A DNA stretch of 64,000 nt from an uncultured Clostridia bacterium (GTDB lineage Bacteria; Bacillota; Clostridia; TANB77; CAG-508): NCBI GenBank assembly GCA_947628395.1, contig CANQZP010000001.1:119-64118 (forward strand), given 5' to 3'. How positions within the stretch are numbered: the stretch's first letter is position 1; every line of letters starts with the position of its first letter. The notes below the pieces were generated by a model, which worked only from the letters and a program-made list of their open reading frames with translations, was not told the origin of the DNA and ran no database searches. Of the stretch, positions 42,272 through 52,794 are shown piece after piece. The position numbers were made by a program, and so were the translations under genes.

Positions 42272-43019
42272 CTACACATACATTGCCGCAATTCCCATCA
42301 AAAAACCTATAATATTCCCTATAATAGGTAACCTTCCCTGATACATCTTCTTTGACTCAGGAATAAGCTCACCAGAAACAATATAAAGCATAGCCCCAGC
42401 CGCAAAAGATAAAGAAAAACTAATCAAAGATTCAGAAATAATACCAATAAGTGCCCCAATACAAGCTCCAATTCCAGTAGTAACACCTGATAAAGCTGTA
42501 TAAATAACAGCAGTCTTAGCAGTCATCCCACCATTCTTCAAAGGAACTGCCATAGAAATTCCGCTCTGGAATATCATGAATTAAAATAGCAATAGCAAGT
42601 GAAAAACCAAGTTTAGTAGAAGCATCAAAACCACTTCCAATTGCCAAACCCTCTGGAAGATTATGAACAGCCAATCCAATACCAACTACAATTCCAGTTC
42701 TCAATAAATCCCCCTGCTTTCCACCCTTAGACTTAGTCATACTTTTGATCTTACCATCACAAACAATCATAGCTACTACACCAACTAAAATTCCTATAAG
42801 AGAACTTGATATATCAGATATAGCAAGCGATTCAGGAATAAGCTCAAAACAAATAATAGCAAGCATAAGACCCGCCGCAAACTCTAAAATAAAACTAAGC
42901 TTCCTATTAGACTTTATATTAAACAAACTACCAAGAATTCCACCTAAAGTAGTACCAAACGTACCAAAAAATAATCCAAGTAATGTAGTTTTTATAACAT
43001 ATCCCAAAACTATCACCAT
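42272..43019 (-). pseudogene. zupT: ZIP-family zinc transporter ZupT, split by one +1 shift (extra C before GGA; coding CGG at 42561-42563)
   Basis: ORFs 42516-43019 and 42272-42577. Deleting the C restores the conserved HDIPEGISMAVPL motif (HxxPEG). Confidence 0.7.
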
Positions 43020-43108
43020 CCTACCATTTTCTCTTAATAATATTCACGTAAAAAAACTTTATACCAACAAAAGAAAATAGAATAGCAAAAGAACAAAAAA
43101 AGCAAAGC

Positions 43109-43178
43109 TTCAGACAGGGGAACGGAGTTATTTGTCTAAGATTCTCCAAAATCTTAGACAAATAACTCCGTCCACTCT
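43109..43178. repeat. 76-bp palindrome family, copy 2
   Basis: cagacaggggaacggagttatttgtctaag..cttagacaaataactccgtccactct. Confidence 0.8.
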
Positions 43179-43201
43179 ATATAATCAACGGTTTATCCTA
43201 T

Positions 43202-43678
43202 TTAAATTTTTATAAAATCAATATTGTAGAATCTCAATATTTTTTCTAATCCATTTGGATTAAATGTTACTGATAAAGTATTTATATTTGGATGAAAAGC
43301 TACTTTTTCACAATCAAATATTTCTTTATCTATAATAATAGTTACATCTAATTTTTCTACATTTACAATATTAAATATTGAAACAGAACCTTTTTTAATT
43401 TTTAATTTTTCATATAAAGCATCCTCATCGCCAAAGCTTAATCTTGATTCTTGTAACTGACTTTGAAGTTCTTTTAAGTTTACCCTTTTGTCTATTGTTG
43501 TTATATATAAATAATATTTACTTTTATTACTATTTCTAAGGAAAAGATTTTTGCATATTTTAGCATCAATCTTTATATTATATTTTTCAGTATCCTCAGA
43601 TGAAAAAAGTGGCGGATGCTCTATAACATCATATTCTATTTCTAACTTTTCTAATAAATCATATACTTTACTATCCAT
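43202..43678 (-). CDS. YbaK/ProX-family aminoacyl-tRNA deacylase
   Basis: 158 aa with YbaK/EbsC-like fold signatures (…KNLFLRN…GSVSIF…HPNINT…). Confidence 0.6.
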   Translation of the reverse strand: MDSKVYDLLEKLEIEYDVIEHPPLFSSEDTEKYNIKIDAKICKNLFLRNSNKSKYYLYITTIDKRVNLKELQSQLQESRLSFGDEDALYEKLKIKKGSVSIFNIVNVEKLDVTIIIDKEIFDCEKVAFHPNINTLSVTFNPNGLEKILRFYNIDFIKI

Positions 43679-43751
43679 TTTTTTTACCCAATTTTTTTAT
43701 TCAATATAATAACACTTAAAATTTCATTTGTCAAAACTTCTTTCAAACAAA

Positions 43752-43815
43752 AGGACAACCCAAAGGGGACACCTTCCAAAAGTCTCAGACTGAGACTTTT
43801 GGAAGGTGTCCCCTT
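43752..43815 (-). terminator. Long perfect hairpin (29-bp stem: aaaggggacaccttccaaaagtctcag / ctgagacttttggaaggtgtcccctttgg) 3' of the SLOG gene
   Basis: Perfect palindrome immediately after the stop at 43820. Single copy in the window. Confidence 0.5.
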
Positions 43816-43819
43816 TGGG

Positions 43820-44341
43820 CTACAAAGATCTTATTGCTTTTTCTACTGCTTCTTTCGGACTTTTCACTTCAATACATTTTAATCTTTTTCTCTCATCAAA
43901 AAATGTATCAGATAGTTTTTCAGACCATCCACCAAATCCCGAAACAGTTATAATTGGTATTCCTGCCTGATATGCTATAGCCATTTCTGTTAATGTCCCG
44001 GAACCACCACTAATTGCTATAATTACATCACATGAAAGAACAAGTGTAAATTCTCTACCTCCTCCAACATCTAATCCAGATGGAATTAAAACATCAGGTC
44101 TAAAATCACCACAAATTTCTTTATTTTTTCCATAAGTTATTCCTACTGTCATTCCTCCATTTTTACTAGCCTCTATCGCAGCTATTGTTGATAAAGAACT
44201 ATAATCTTTTTCAGCTCCATAAACTAATATATTTCCACTCTGAGCAATTAATTTTCCTACTTCTTTTGCAAATTCTACAAGATCTTCTCCATAATTTAAA
44301 TCAGCGGCACTCCCCATAATCCCTATTTGCATTTTTTTCAT
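43820..44341 (-). CDS. SLOG/LOG-like Rossmann-fold protein (TIGR00725-like)
   Basis: 173 aa. IGIMGSA...VYGA...ISGGSGTLTEMA resembles the PGGxGTxxE motif of the LOG family. Confidence 0.6.
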   Translation of the reverse strand: MKKMQIGIMGSAADLNYGEDLVEFAKEVGKLIAQSGNILVYGAEKDYSSLSTIAAIEASKNGGMTVGITYGKNKEICGDFRPDVLIPSGLDVGGGREFTLVLSCDVIIAISGGSGTLTEMAIAYQAGIPIITVSGFGGWSEKLSDTFFDERKRLKCIEVKSPKEAVEKAIRSL

Positions 44342-45275
44342 AATAAATCAATCCTTTCTTTAAAATATTTATAACTCTATCATCATTATTAGTATTGATG
44401 ATTTTTTCTGGCATATCACTCATAGTAACTTTTCTTCCAGAATTATCTTCAATACACTTCCATAAAAATATTGATCTCATAAGACAACTCTTTGAAAAAT
44501 AATCTTCATATTTTCTTGGAATTGATGCACGATTTACAGCATCTCCAAATGGTCTGAAATATGGAGATTTTAAAATTCCCTTTGTTTCATTCGCCACAGA
44601 AATTCCTGATTGTGCAATTCCAAAATAAAAATCTCTTTCACATATTTGATCAATAACATTTTCTCCTAATAGGCAACCACATTTCAAGCCTTTTTCTAAT
44701 ATTTTATTAAAATATTTATATCCAGCTTCAGTTGAAATTGATGCTCTTATACCTTTTACATCAACACCATTTTCTTTAAATTTTTTTATCAGATTATTAA
44801 GTACATTTCCTGAAAATACTACATCATCAACTAATATAATCTCATTTCTCTTCTCCTCAGTAAGTTTTTGAGAAATATTTTTTATCTGATTATCTACACT
44901 TTTTAAATCATTTGGATTTTTTCTTGAAACTAATTCTTTAGATTTATCTAATCTAGTACAGTCTAAGAATATACTATCATTATCACCTTCAAAATATATT
45001 TTGTCTAGTGAAACAATAGGATAACCTAATGAATCTTCTAAAGAATCATACATAAAATTTTGCATATCTTTTTCACTAAATATAACAACCTTGTTATCAA
45101 AAATTTTATTTGTATCTTTTTTAAAGTCTTCTCTTAGAACTTCTATTTGACATTCTTTAGGAACAATTAATCCGTTTTTAGTATAATCAAAATCCAGAGC
45201 ATTTTTACCATTTAAAATTCTGAAAATATCATTACTAAAAACAATTCCTTCATTTATTTTTATCATGTTAATCAC
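44301..45275 (-). CDS. Phosphoribosyltransferase-domain protein (type I PRTase fold with N- and C-terminal extensions)
   Basis: PRPP-binding loop EIILVDDVVFSGNVLNNLI. Overlaps the SLOG gene by 41 nt (one operon). Confidence 0.6.
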   Translation of the reverse strand: MINMIKINEGIVFSNDIFRILNGKNALDFDYTKNGLIVPKECQIEVLREDFKKDTNKIFDNKVVIFSEKDMQNFMYDSLEDSLGYPIVSLDKIYFEGDNDSIFLDCTRLDKSKELVSRKNPNDLKSVDNQIKNISQKLTEEKRNEIILVDDVVFSGNVLNNLIKKFKENGVDVKGIRASISTEAGYKYFNKILEKGLKCGCLLGENVIDQICERDFYFGIAQSGISVANETKGILKSPYFRPFGDAVNRASIPRKYEDYFSKSCLMRSIFLWKCIEDNSGRKVTMSDMPEKIINTNNDDRVINILKKGLIYYEKNANRDYGECR

Positions 45276-45460
45276 CTTTCTTTCTTAGAAGATTTATGAA
45301 ATTAGAAATATTTAAAAACAAAATAAAGATAGATTAGAAACAGTCCAGGTAAGTCATATAACCTAAGTTTTTTTATATACAAAAAAACTATTTGTAAAAA
45401 TAATTTCCTACAAATAGTTTTATATCTAATCTATCTTTTAATAAATATTTTTAAACTATC

Positions 45461-45495
45461 GTAGGCACAAGGAATTTAGCCTGCACCTACGTCTT
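45461..45495. repeat. A-type hairpin variant (cgtaggcacaaggaatttagcctgcacctacg)
   Basis: Same architecture as ggcagacacaaggcctgcccctac elsewhere. Confidence 0.5.
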
Positions 45496-45619
45496 TACTC
45501 AGACAATAGTTACAAGCTCCTACGATGATGATGTAATTCGTTTAAAAATATTTCTTTATTCATAATTACTCTCCTTAATGTTTTTAGATTAACATAAATT
45601 TAAAATGTTGTCAAGTTTT

Positions 45620-46801
45620 TTAACTTTTTCTAATTACTCTTACAAATCTATTTTTACCAAACTGAATAACTTTTTCTTCATCAAGATTAATAATATCGTT
45701 TATATCCTCTTCTACTACAGAGTTAATTTTTACTCCTTTTCCTGTAATCATTCTTTTTGCCTCACCTTTTGAATTAGCGAAACCAACACGTAATAATAAC
45801 TCACAAATATTAATTTCTTTTTCTGATACTTCAACTTCAGGAATATCTTGTGGAATTCCACCTTTTGCGATTTTCAAATATCTATTTTTTATCTCTTCAA
45901 ATTCATTTACGTCATCATACATCTTTAATAATTCTTTAGCAAATTCCATGTGAGCTTCTCTAATATCACCACTCATAATCTTATCAATTTCTTCCATTGG
46001 TAGGTCTGTTGCTAATTCAAAATACTGTCTTAATACATCATCTGGTATTTTCATACTTTTCTCAAACTTATCAAATGGTGCATCAGAAATTCCAATATAA
46101 TTATCTAAAGATTTACTCATTTTTTCTTTTCCATCTAACCCAACTAGTAATGGGAAAGTCATAACAACTTGGCTTTCTTGTCCATAATCCTTCTGTAATT
46201 CCCTACCTACTAAAAGATTGAAAGTTTGATCTGTTCCGCCAATCTCTATATCTGCATTTAATGCAACAGAATCATATCCTTGCATTAGTGGATATAACAA
46301 TTCGTGCATAGAAAGAGGTAAATTATTTTCAAATCTATTTTTAAAATCATCTCTCTCCATAATCCTTGCAACTGTATACTTACTTGTAAGTTTTATTACA
46401 TCTTCAAAACTCATCTTTGATAACCAATCTGAATTGAAAACTATTCTTGTTTTATCTTTATCTAATATTTTTGTTGCTTGCTCTAAATAAGTTTCTGCTG
46501 ATTTTCTAGTCTGCTCAAAAGTTAAAGCTGGACGAGTTTTACTCTTTCCTGATGGATCACCTATCATTCCAGTAAAATCACCAACTACAAAAACAACTTC
46601 ATGTCCCATATCTTGAAATTGTTTAAGCACTCTTAAAACTACACTATGACCAATATGTAAATCTGGTCTAGATGGATCAGCTCCAAGTTTTATTGTTAAT
46701 TTTTTTCCACTATTAATTTTTTTATCAAAATCTTCTTCTGAAAAAATTTGTACTGCTTTTCTTTTTATTATTTCTATATTATTCATATTATTCTTCCCCA
46801 C
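45620..46801 (-). CDS. tyrS: Tyrosine--tRNA ligase
   Basis: HIGH (HIGHSV), GGTDQ..N, KMSKS, C-terminal S4 domain. Start overlaps the prfA stop. Confidence 0.85.
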   Translation of the reverse strand: MGKNNMNNIEIIKRKAVQIFSEEDFDKKINSGKKLTIKLGADPSRPDLHIGHSVVLRVLKQFQDMGHEVVFVVGDFTGMIGDPSGKSKTRPALTFEQTRKSAETYLEQATKILDKDKTRIVFNSDWLSKMSFEDVIKLTSKYTVARIMERDDFKNRFENNLPLSMHELLYPLMQGYDSVALNADIEIGGTDQTFNLLVGRELQKDYGQESQVVMTFPLLVGLDGKEKMSKSLDNYIGISDAPFDKFEKSMKIPDDVLRQYFELATDLPMEEIDKIMSGDIREAHMEFAKELLKMYDDVNEFEEIKNRYLKIAKGGIPQDIPEVEVSEKEINICELLLRVGFANSKGEAKRMITGKGVKINSVVEEDINDIINLDEEKVIQFGKNRFVRVIRKS

Positions 46802-47849
46802 CTTTAAGTTTTTCAGCCCTATCAGCAGCTGTTAAACTATCTATCATTTCATCTAAATTTCCATTTAAAAAATCTTCCATTTGATAAATACTAAGACCTA
46901 TTCTATGGTCAGTTATACGTCCTTGAGGATAATTATACGTACGAATCTTCTCACTCCTGTCACCGCTTCCAACTTGAGATTTTCTCTCATTTGCAAGCTC
47001 TGCATCTTGTTTTTCTTTCTCCATTTCATATAATCTCGATCTAAGTAATCTCATAGCATACTCTCTATTTTGAACTTGTGAACGTTCAGTCTGACACTCT
47101 GCAACAATCCCAGTTGGCTCATGAATAAGTCTTACAGCAGAAGAAGTTTTATTAACATGTTGACCACCAGCACCAGAAGCCCTATAAACTTCCATTCTGA
47201 TATCTGCAGGATTAATATCTATTTCAACATCTTCAACAACTGGTAAAACAGCAACAGTAGCAGTAGATGTATGAATTCTTCCACTACTTTCAGTATCTGG
47301 AACTCTTTGAACTCTATGAACACCACTCTCAAACTTAAGTCTACTATATACTCCTTTTCCAGTTATCATAAATGAAATTTCTTTATACCCACCAAGTCCA
47401 GTCTCATTTTCATTTAAAATATCAAGCTTCCAATGTTTTCTTTCAGCATACATAGAATACATTCTAAATAAAGTACCTGCAAATAAAGCTGCTTCTTCAC
47501 CACCAGCTCCGCCTCTTATTTCGCAAATAATATTCTTATCATCATCTTTATCCTTAGGAATTAAAAGTAATTTTAATTCTTCTTCTATCTTAGGAAGCTT
47601 TTCTTTACATTCCTCAATCTGCATTTCAGCAAGCTCTTTTAAATCTCTATCACTAAGCATCTCTTTTGCTTCATCTAATGCTTCTTTTACTTTTTTATAC
47701 TCTCTATATTTCTCAACTACATCAACAATCTCACTATGTTCCTTCATATATTTTTGCCATTCAGATTGTTTAGCAATTACTTCAGGATCGCTAATCAATT
47801 TATTTAATTCCTCATATCTCTTTTCAACAGCCTCTAACTTTTGAAACAT
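46788..47849 (-). CDS. prfA: Peptide chain release factor 1
   Basis: GGQ motif ([11 protein letters not shown]). RF1-type PxT tripeptide context [13 protein letters not shown] before MFQKL. Confidence 0.85.
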   Translation of the reverse strand: MFQKLEAVEKRYEELNKLISDPEVIAKQSEWQKYMKEHSEIVDVVEKYREYKKVKEALDEAKEMLSDRDLKELAEMQIEECKEKLPKIEEELKLLLIPKDKDDDKNIICEIRGGAGGEEAALFAGTLFRMYSMYAERKHWKLDILNENETGLGGYKEISFMITGKGVYSRLKFESGVHRVQRVPDTESSGRIHTSTATVAVLPVVEDVEIDINPADIRMEVYRASGAGGQHVNKTSSAVRLIHEPTGIVAECQTERSQVQNREYAMRLLRSRLYEMEKEKQDAELANERKSQVGSGDRSEKIRTYNYPQGRITDHRIGLSIYQMEDFLNGNLDEMIDSLTAADRAEKLKGGEE

Positions 47850-47998
47850 AAAAATTATCATCCTTTCCAGTAGAGCATAATCTCTACTACTTAAATAAAC
47901 TCATGATATTATACTACACTTCTTCTCACTTTTCAAGAGTTAAACCATCTTAACTTTAAATCATAAATAATTTATAGAATAGAGGAAAAAAGATATAA

Positions 47999-48036
47999 GG
48001 GCAGACGCAAGGCCTGCCCCTACTTTCGTCCGCCCA
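47999..48036. repeat. A-type hairpin (gggcagacgcaaggcctgcccctactttcgtccgccc)
   Basis: Matches 27118-27160. Confidence 0.7.
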
Positions 48037-48054
48037 TCTTCATAGAACCAGCTT

Positions 48055-48819
48055 TTATTTTATTTCAAAAATTCTTTTAGCATTCTCATTAGTTATTTTC
48101 GCAACCTCAGATAAACTTAACTCTTTTACCTCTGCTATCTTTTTAGCCACCAACTTCACATTTAAAGACGTATTTGTCTTCCCCCTAAAAGGCTCTGGAG
48201 ACAAATAAGGACTATCAGTCTCTATAAGCAACCTATCCAGTGGAACTAATTTAATACAGTCCTCAGACTTAGCATTCTTAAAAGTAATATTACCACTAAA
48301 AGAAATATAAAAACCTAACTTAAGTCCCTCTTTTATTAATTCCTGATTCAAAGGACAACAATGAAAAACCCCTCTTTTAACAGGTAAATTTTCCTTTAAA
48401 ATCTCTATAGTATCCACAGTTGCCTCCCTTGTGTGGATAACAATTGGAAGATTAAGTTTATTTGCAATATCAATCTGAGCTATAAAAACCTCCCTCTGCT
48501 TCTCCTTATTATCCTTATTCCAGTAATAATCTAAACCAATTTCACCAATAGCAACAACCTTATCCTCCTTAGCAAGCAACTCTATTTTTTCTACATCTTT
48601 ATCCACATCCTGTGTAATATCATTTGGTGAAATTCCACAAGTTGCTAAAATATGTGGAAAACTTTTTGATAAATTTATTGCATCTGTGGAAGAATCCAAA
48701 TTATATCCACTACAAACAATATTAGTAATTTCATTTTCATACATCTCTTTTATTAAATTATCTCTATTTTCCAAAAACCTTTCATCATTATAATGAGCAT
48801 GAGAATCAAAAAAATCCAT
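48055..48819 (-). CDS. tatD: TatD-family metal-dependent hydrolase/DNase
   Basis: N-terminal DSHAH. Conserved His/Glu/Asp positions. Confidence 0.85.
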   Translation of the reverse strand: MDFFDSHAHYNDERFLENRDNLIKEMYENEITNIVCSGYNLDSSTDAINLSKSFPHILATCGISPNDITQDVDKDVEKIELLAKEDKVVAIGEIGLDYYWNKDNKEKQREVFIAQIDIANKLNLPIVIHTREATVDTIEILKENLPVKRGVFHCCPLNQELIKEGLKLGFYISFSGNITFKNAKSEDCIKLVPLDRLLIETDSPYLSPEPFRGKTNTSLNVKLVAKKIAEVKELSLSEVAKITNENAKRIFEIK

Positions 48820-48845
48820 TTTAAAAAATCCTTTCTCTTGTAATT

Positions 48846-48920
48846 TTCAGACATGGGGACGGAGTTTTTGTCTAAGAAATGAAAATTCTTAGACAAATAA
48901 CTCCGTCCCCTCTGTCTGAA
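48846..48920. repeat. 76-bp palindrome family, copy 3
   Basis: cagacatggggacggagtttttgtctaagaaatgaaaattcttagacaaataactccgtcccctctgtctg. Confidence 0.8.
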
Positions 48921-49054
48921 AAATTCAATTTGCAAACATAGTATTAACCTAATATTTTGACGTGACGCGCAGTTTGGGAGTCCTTCTCCTTTGAAGATAG
49001 CCACCGACCAGCAAGGAACAAAAAATATTAGGTTAATACAATCCGCAAAATTAA

Positions 49055-52000
49055 TTATTTCAGCTTAAGAGACAACAACTTAGAAATTCCATTCTCCTCC
49101 ATAGTCACACCATAAACAGTATTCGCAGCCTCCATAGTACCCTTCCTATGAGTAATAACCAAAAACTGAGTATTATCAGTATACTTCTTCAAATAATCAG
49201 CAAACCTATAAACATTTACATCATCCAAAGCAGCCTCAATCTCATCCAAAACACAGAAAGGAGCAGGATTAATCTTAAGAATCGCAAACAACAAAGCAAT
49301 TGCAGTAAAAGCCTTCTCACCACCAGATAATAACATCATATTTTGAAGTTTCTTTCCAGGCGGTTGAACCTCAATTTCAATTCCACTTTCCAAAATATTA
49401 TCTTCATCAGTAAGTTTAAGTTCAGCCTTTCCTCCACCAAATAATTGAACAAAAACCTCACCAAAATTTTTATTAATAATTTTAAAGTTTTTGTCAAATT
49501 GTTTTTTCATTATGTCTACCATATCAGTAATTACTTTCTTCAATTTAGCAACAGTATTTTCTAAATCAAGCCTCTGTTCAGACATAAAATCATATCTTTC
49601 TTTTACCTGTTTGTATTCCTCAATAGAATCAACATTAATACTACCTAAATCCTTAATATCTGCCCTAATTTCAGCAACCTTCTTCTCCACAGACTTAACA
49701 TTATCAGGCTTCTTATATTCTCCAGGGTCTCCAGGAGTAATCTCATATTCCTCCCACATCTTAGAAATTACCTGCTCAAGCTCATATTCATTCTTAGACT
49801 TACGAACTTCACATTTAGCAAGCTGATTTTTAATGTCTTCAATTTTCTTCAATTGGTCACCAATTTCTTCTTCTGTCTCTTCTAACTTTTTATTTTTATT
49901 TACTCTTTCCTCTTTTAAATCAGTAACCTTCGTATTTCCATTTTCAACTTCATTTTTCAAATTTTCAATCTCTAGTTTTAACTCCTCAATTCTATTTTCT
50001 AATTCCTTATTATCCTCTAAAATCTTCTCTCTTTGATTCTTTTTATTTTCTATTACCTGATTTGTCTTATCAATATCTAAATCAATTCTTTCTATCATTT
50101 CCTTAATAGAAACTTCACTTTCATCAAAAGAAGAAACAGAAATTTTTAAATTAGTAATATCAAAATTCAAATCATCAATATCCTTTTGTTTGTCTTTGTT
50201 CTTTAAAGAAAATTCAGCAATTTCCCCATTTAAAGCCTCATTTTCTTCCTCTAAATTTTTAATTTTAGAATTTAATTCCTCTTGAGATTTTATATCTTCA
50301 TCTTTTTGTTTAGACACTTCTTCTTTTTCTTGTCTTAATTTTTGCAATCTCTCTTCAATTTTTTGAATCTCACTTTCAACACTTACAACCTTCTGTTTCT
50401 CAGTTGCATAAACAATTTCACTATCCTGCATTTCCTTTTCTAAGCTACTTACCATCTCCAAAGTATCTTCTATTTCTTCTTCATACTCTGATTTTTCTTT
50501 ATTTATTTTTTCTAATTTCTTTTTCAAATTATTAATTTCTTTTTTCAAATCCTCAATTTCTCTAGAACGTCCCAAAATATTAACAGTCTTTTGAGCAACA
50601 CTACCACCAGAAATCATTCCAGAAGGATTTATAACATCACCTTCTAAAGTAACAATTTTGAAACTATGCTTATTTTTATTCGCAAGTAAAATAGCATTAT
50701 CCATATTATCGACAATAACTGTTCTACCAAGTAAATTATCTATAATTCCAGAATATTTTTTATCAAACTTTATAAGTTCTGATGCAATTCCTATTACTCC
50801 TTCAGTTTTATTGATTTTATCTAATTTCTTACCATTAACAGAAGAAATAGGCAAGAAAGAAGCTCTTCCTAGCTTAAATTTTCTAAGATGCTCAACTAAT
50901 CTTTTAGCATCTTGATCAGTATCTGTGACAATATTTTGCATTGATTGCCCTAAAGTCATCTCAATAGCAACTTCATATTCTTTTGGTACTGAAATTAAAT
51001 TAGCCAAAACTCCATGAACACCTTTATTTAAAGCCCTATCTTTTTCGCAATCCAATAAAATAGACTTTACACTTCTTATATATCCTTCTTTTTCTTTTTC
51101 AGTTTCCTCCAAAAATTTTAATCTAGAATCTTTCATCCTAATTTGAGTTTCAATTTGGTTTATATTTTCAGTAAATCCCTTTAACTTAGCTTCAGCCGTC
51201 TTTCTTTTTTCATCTATCTCTGCTAAACTACTTTGTATTTCATTTCTCTTTGCTTCGATTTCATAAAAGTTTTTTCCCATTTCATCTTTTTTTATTCTAG
51301 AAGCATCTAATTCAGATACTTGACTTGAAATCTCATTATTAAGAACTGAGATTCTTTTATTAGCATTTTCAACATTAGCGCTCAATGTACTTATATTATT
51401 AGTCATCTCATATTTTTCATCTATATTTTTATCTACAATTTGTTTTTTCTTCTCAATTTCTAATTCTTCACTAGATAACTTTTCTGTTATTTCCTTTAAT
51501 TTTGCTTCTTTTTCTTCTAGCTCTAAATCAAATTTCTTCTTATTTTCTAGCAAATTAGATTTTTTACTTTCTTTTTGGTTCTTTTCTTCTTCCAAATCTG
51601 AAATAAGTTTCTTAGAATCTTCAATCTCTACTTCAAATCTATCATAATTTTCTTTATTATTAACAATTCTTTCTTGATTAATTTGAATTTCTGAAGTAAT
51701 TTGTTCCTTCTTTTTCTCACTTTCAAAACTTAAATGTTGCATTTCTTCAATCTTAGCAGTAATCTCATCAAGCGCTTTTTTTAAAGCTTCTTTTTGTTCT
51801 TGAATATTAGATAGTCTCTCTTCTTCTCTAACAGCCTGAGTAGAAAAGATGTCCTCTTCTTTTAAAACCTCTTCTATTTTTCTTTTATATTCATCTATAT
51901 TATGAATAAACAAACCTATCTCAATACTTTTAAGTTCGTCTCTTAAGTCAAGATATTTTTTTGCTTTATCTGACTGAGCCTTAAGAGGTTCAATATTCCC

Positions 52001-52594
52001 TTCAATTTCAGATAAAATATCATTTATTCTTAATAGATTTACTTTTGTTTGTTCTAATTTCTTTTCAGACTCTACTTTTCTTGTTCTATATTTTACAATT
52101 CCAGCAGCTTCTTCAAAAATATGTCTTCTCTCCTCAGATTTATTGCTCAAAATTTCATCTATTTTTCCCTGACCTATAATAGAATAGCCATCTTTACCAA
52201 TTCCTGTATCCATAAACAATTCTAATATTTCTTTTAATCTACAAGGAGTTTTATTTATAAAATATCCAGACTCACCGCTTCTATACAATCTTCTAGTAAC
52301 AGTAACCTCTCCAAATTCAATTGGAAGCTTTCCATCTTGATTATCAATTATAATAGAAACTTCAGCAAATCCTAAAGACTTTCTATTTTGAGTACCTGCA
52401 AAAATAACATCTTCTGTTTTAGAACCTCTAAGTGATTTCATACTTTGCTCACCTAAAACCCATCTAATAGCATCTGAAATATTACTTTTTCCTGAACCGT
52501 TAGGTCCTATAACAGTAGTAATTCCTGGCAAAAAATCAAAAACTGTCTTATCTGCAAATGATTTAAATCCTTGTAATTCTAATCTTTTTAAATA
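49055..52594 (-). CDS. smc: Chromosome partition protein Smc
   Basis: Walker A GPNGSGKSN. Long coiled coils, hinge, C-terminal LSGGEKA...DEIEAALD. The true start is MYLKRLEL at 52594; the ORF track's 14-aa extension is unlikely. Confidence 0.9.
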   Translation of the reverse strand, partial: YLKRLELQGFKSFADKTVFDFLPGITTVIGPNGSGKSNISDAIRWVLGEQSMKSLRGSKTEDVIFAGTQNRKSLGFAEVSIIIDNQDGKLPIEFGEVTVTRRLYRSGESGYFINKTPCRLKEILELFMDTGIGKDGYSIIGQGKIDEILSNKSEERRHIFEEAAGIVKYRTRKVESEKKLEQTKVNLLRINDILSEIEGNIEPLKAQSDKAKKYLDLRDELKSIEIGLFIHNIDEYKRKIEEVLKEEDIFSTQAVREEERLSNIQEQKEALKKALDEITAKIEEMQHLSFESEKKKEQITSEIQINQERIVNNKENYDRFEVEIEDSKKLISDLEEEKNQKESKKSNLLENKKKFDLELEEKEAKLKEITEKLSSEELEIEKKKQIVDKNIDEKYEMTNNISTLSANVENANKRISVLNNEISSQVSELDASRIKKDEMGKNFYEIEAKRNEIQSSLAEIDEKRKTAEAKLKGFTENINQIETQIRMKDSRLKFLEETEKEKEGYIRSVKSILLDCEKDRALNKGVHGVLANLISVPKEYEVAIEMTLGQSMQNIVTDTDQDAKRLVEHLRKFKLGRASFLPISSVNGKKLDKINKTEGVIGIASELIKFDKKYSGIIDNLLGRTVIVDNMDNAILLANKNKHSFKIVTLEGDVINPSGMISGGSVAQKTVNILGRSREIEDLKKEINNLKKKLEKINKEKSEYEEEIEDTLEMVSSLEKEMQDSEIVYATEKQKVVSVESEIQKIEERLQKLRQEKEEVSKQKDEDIKSQEELNSKIKNLEEENEALNGEIAEFSLKNKDKQKDIDDLNFDITNLKISVSSFDESEVSIKEMIERIDLDIDKTNQVIENKKNQREKILEDNKELENRIEELKLEIENLKNEVENGNTKVTDLKEERVNKNKKLEETEEEIGDQLKKIEDIKNQLAKCEVRKSKNEYELEQVISKMWEEYEITPGDPGEYKKPDNVKSVEKKVAEIRADIKDLGSINVDSIEEYKQVKERYDFMSEQRLDLENTVAKLKKVITDMVDIMKKQFDKNFKIINKNFGEVFVQLFGGGKAELKLTDEDNILESGIEIEVQPPGKKLQNMMLLSGGEKAFTAIALLFAILKINPAPFCVLDEIEAALDDVNVYRFADYLKKYTDNTQFLVITHRKGTMEAANTVYGVTMEENGISKLLSLKLK

Positions 52595-52794
52595 CATATC
52601 TAAAGTCCTTTTCTTTCTACAATTTAAATTAATACACAATTATGATATATTAAATTAAAACATTTATCAAGCAATTTTTATTTAAAAGTTATCCATTTTT
52701 TCGCACCTTTTTCTATCTCATAAAACTTCTAATATTTACCCTTGACCATTTTATTTTTTTTATATACAATAAAATTGTATATATTTAAAAGAAT

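Noticed and set aside
44301-44341. Possible frameshift fusing the PRTase and SLOG ORFs
   Set aside because: The overlap contains no CGG. Each ORF has its own plausible start (the SLOG MKKMQIGIMGSA follows an RBS-like ttatt..atg) and its own stop. It is better explained as two overlapping genes.
48753-49004. 83-aa ORF between tatD and smc
   Set aside because: It is built almost entirely from the 76-bp palindromic repeat and a GC-rich spacer, and has no RBS. It is a repeat-derived spurious ORF.
52595-52639. 14-codon N-terminal extension of smc (MCINLNCRKKRTLD)
   Set aside because: The conserved SMC N-terminus starts at MYLKRLEL (52594). The extension is not supported by homology.
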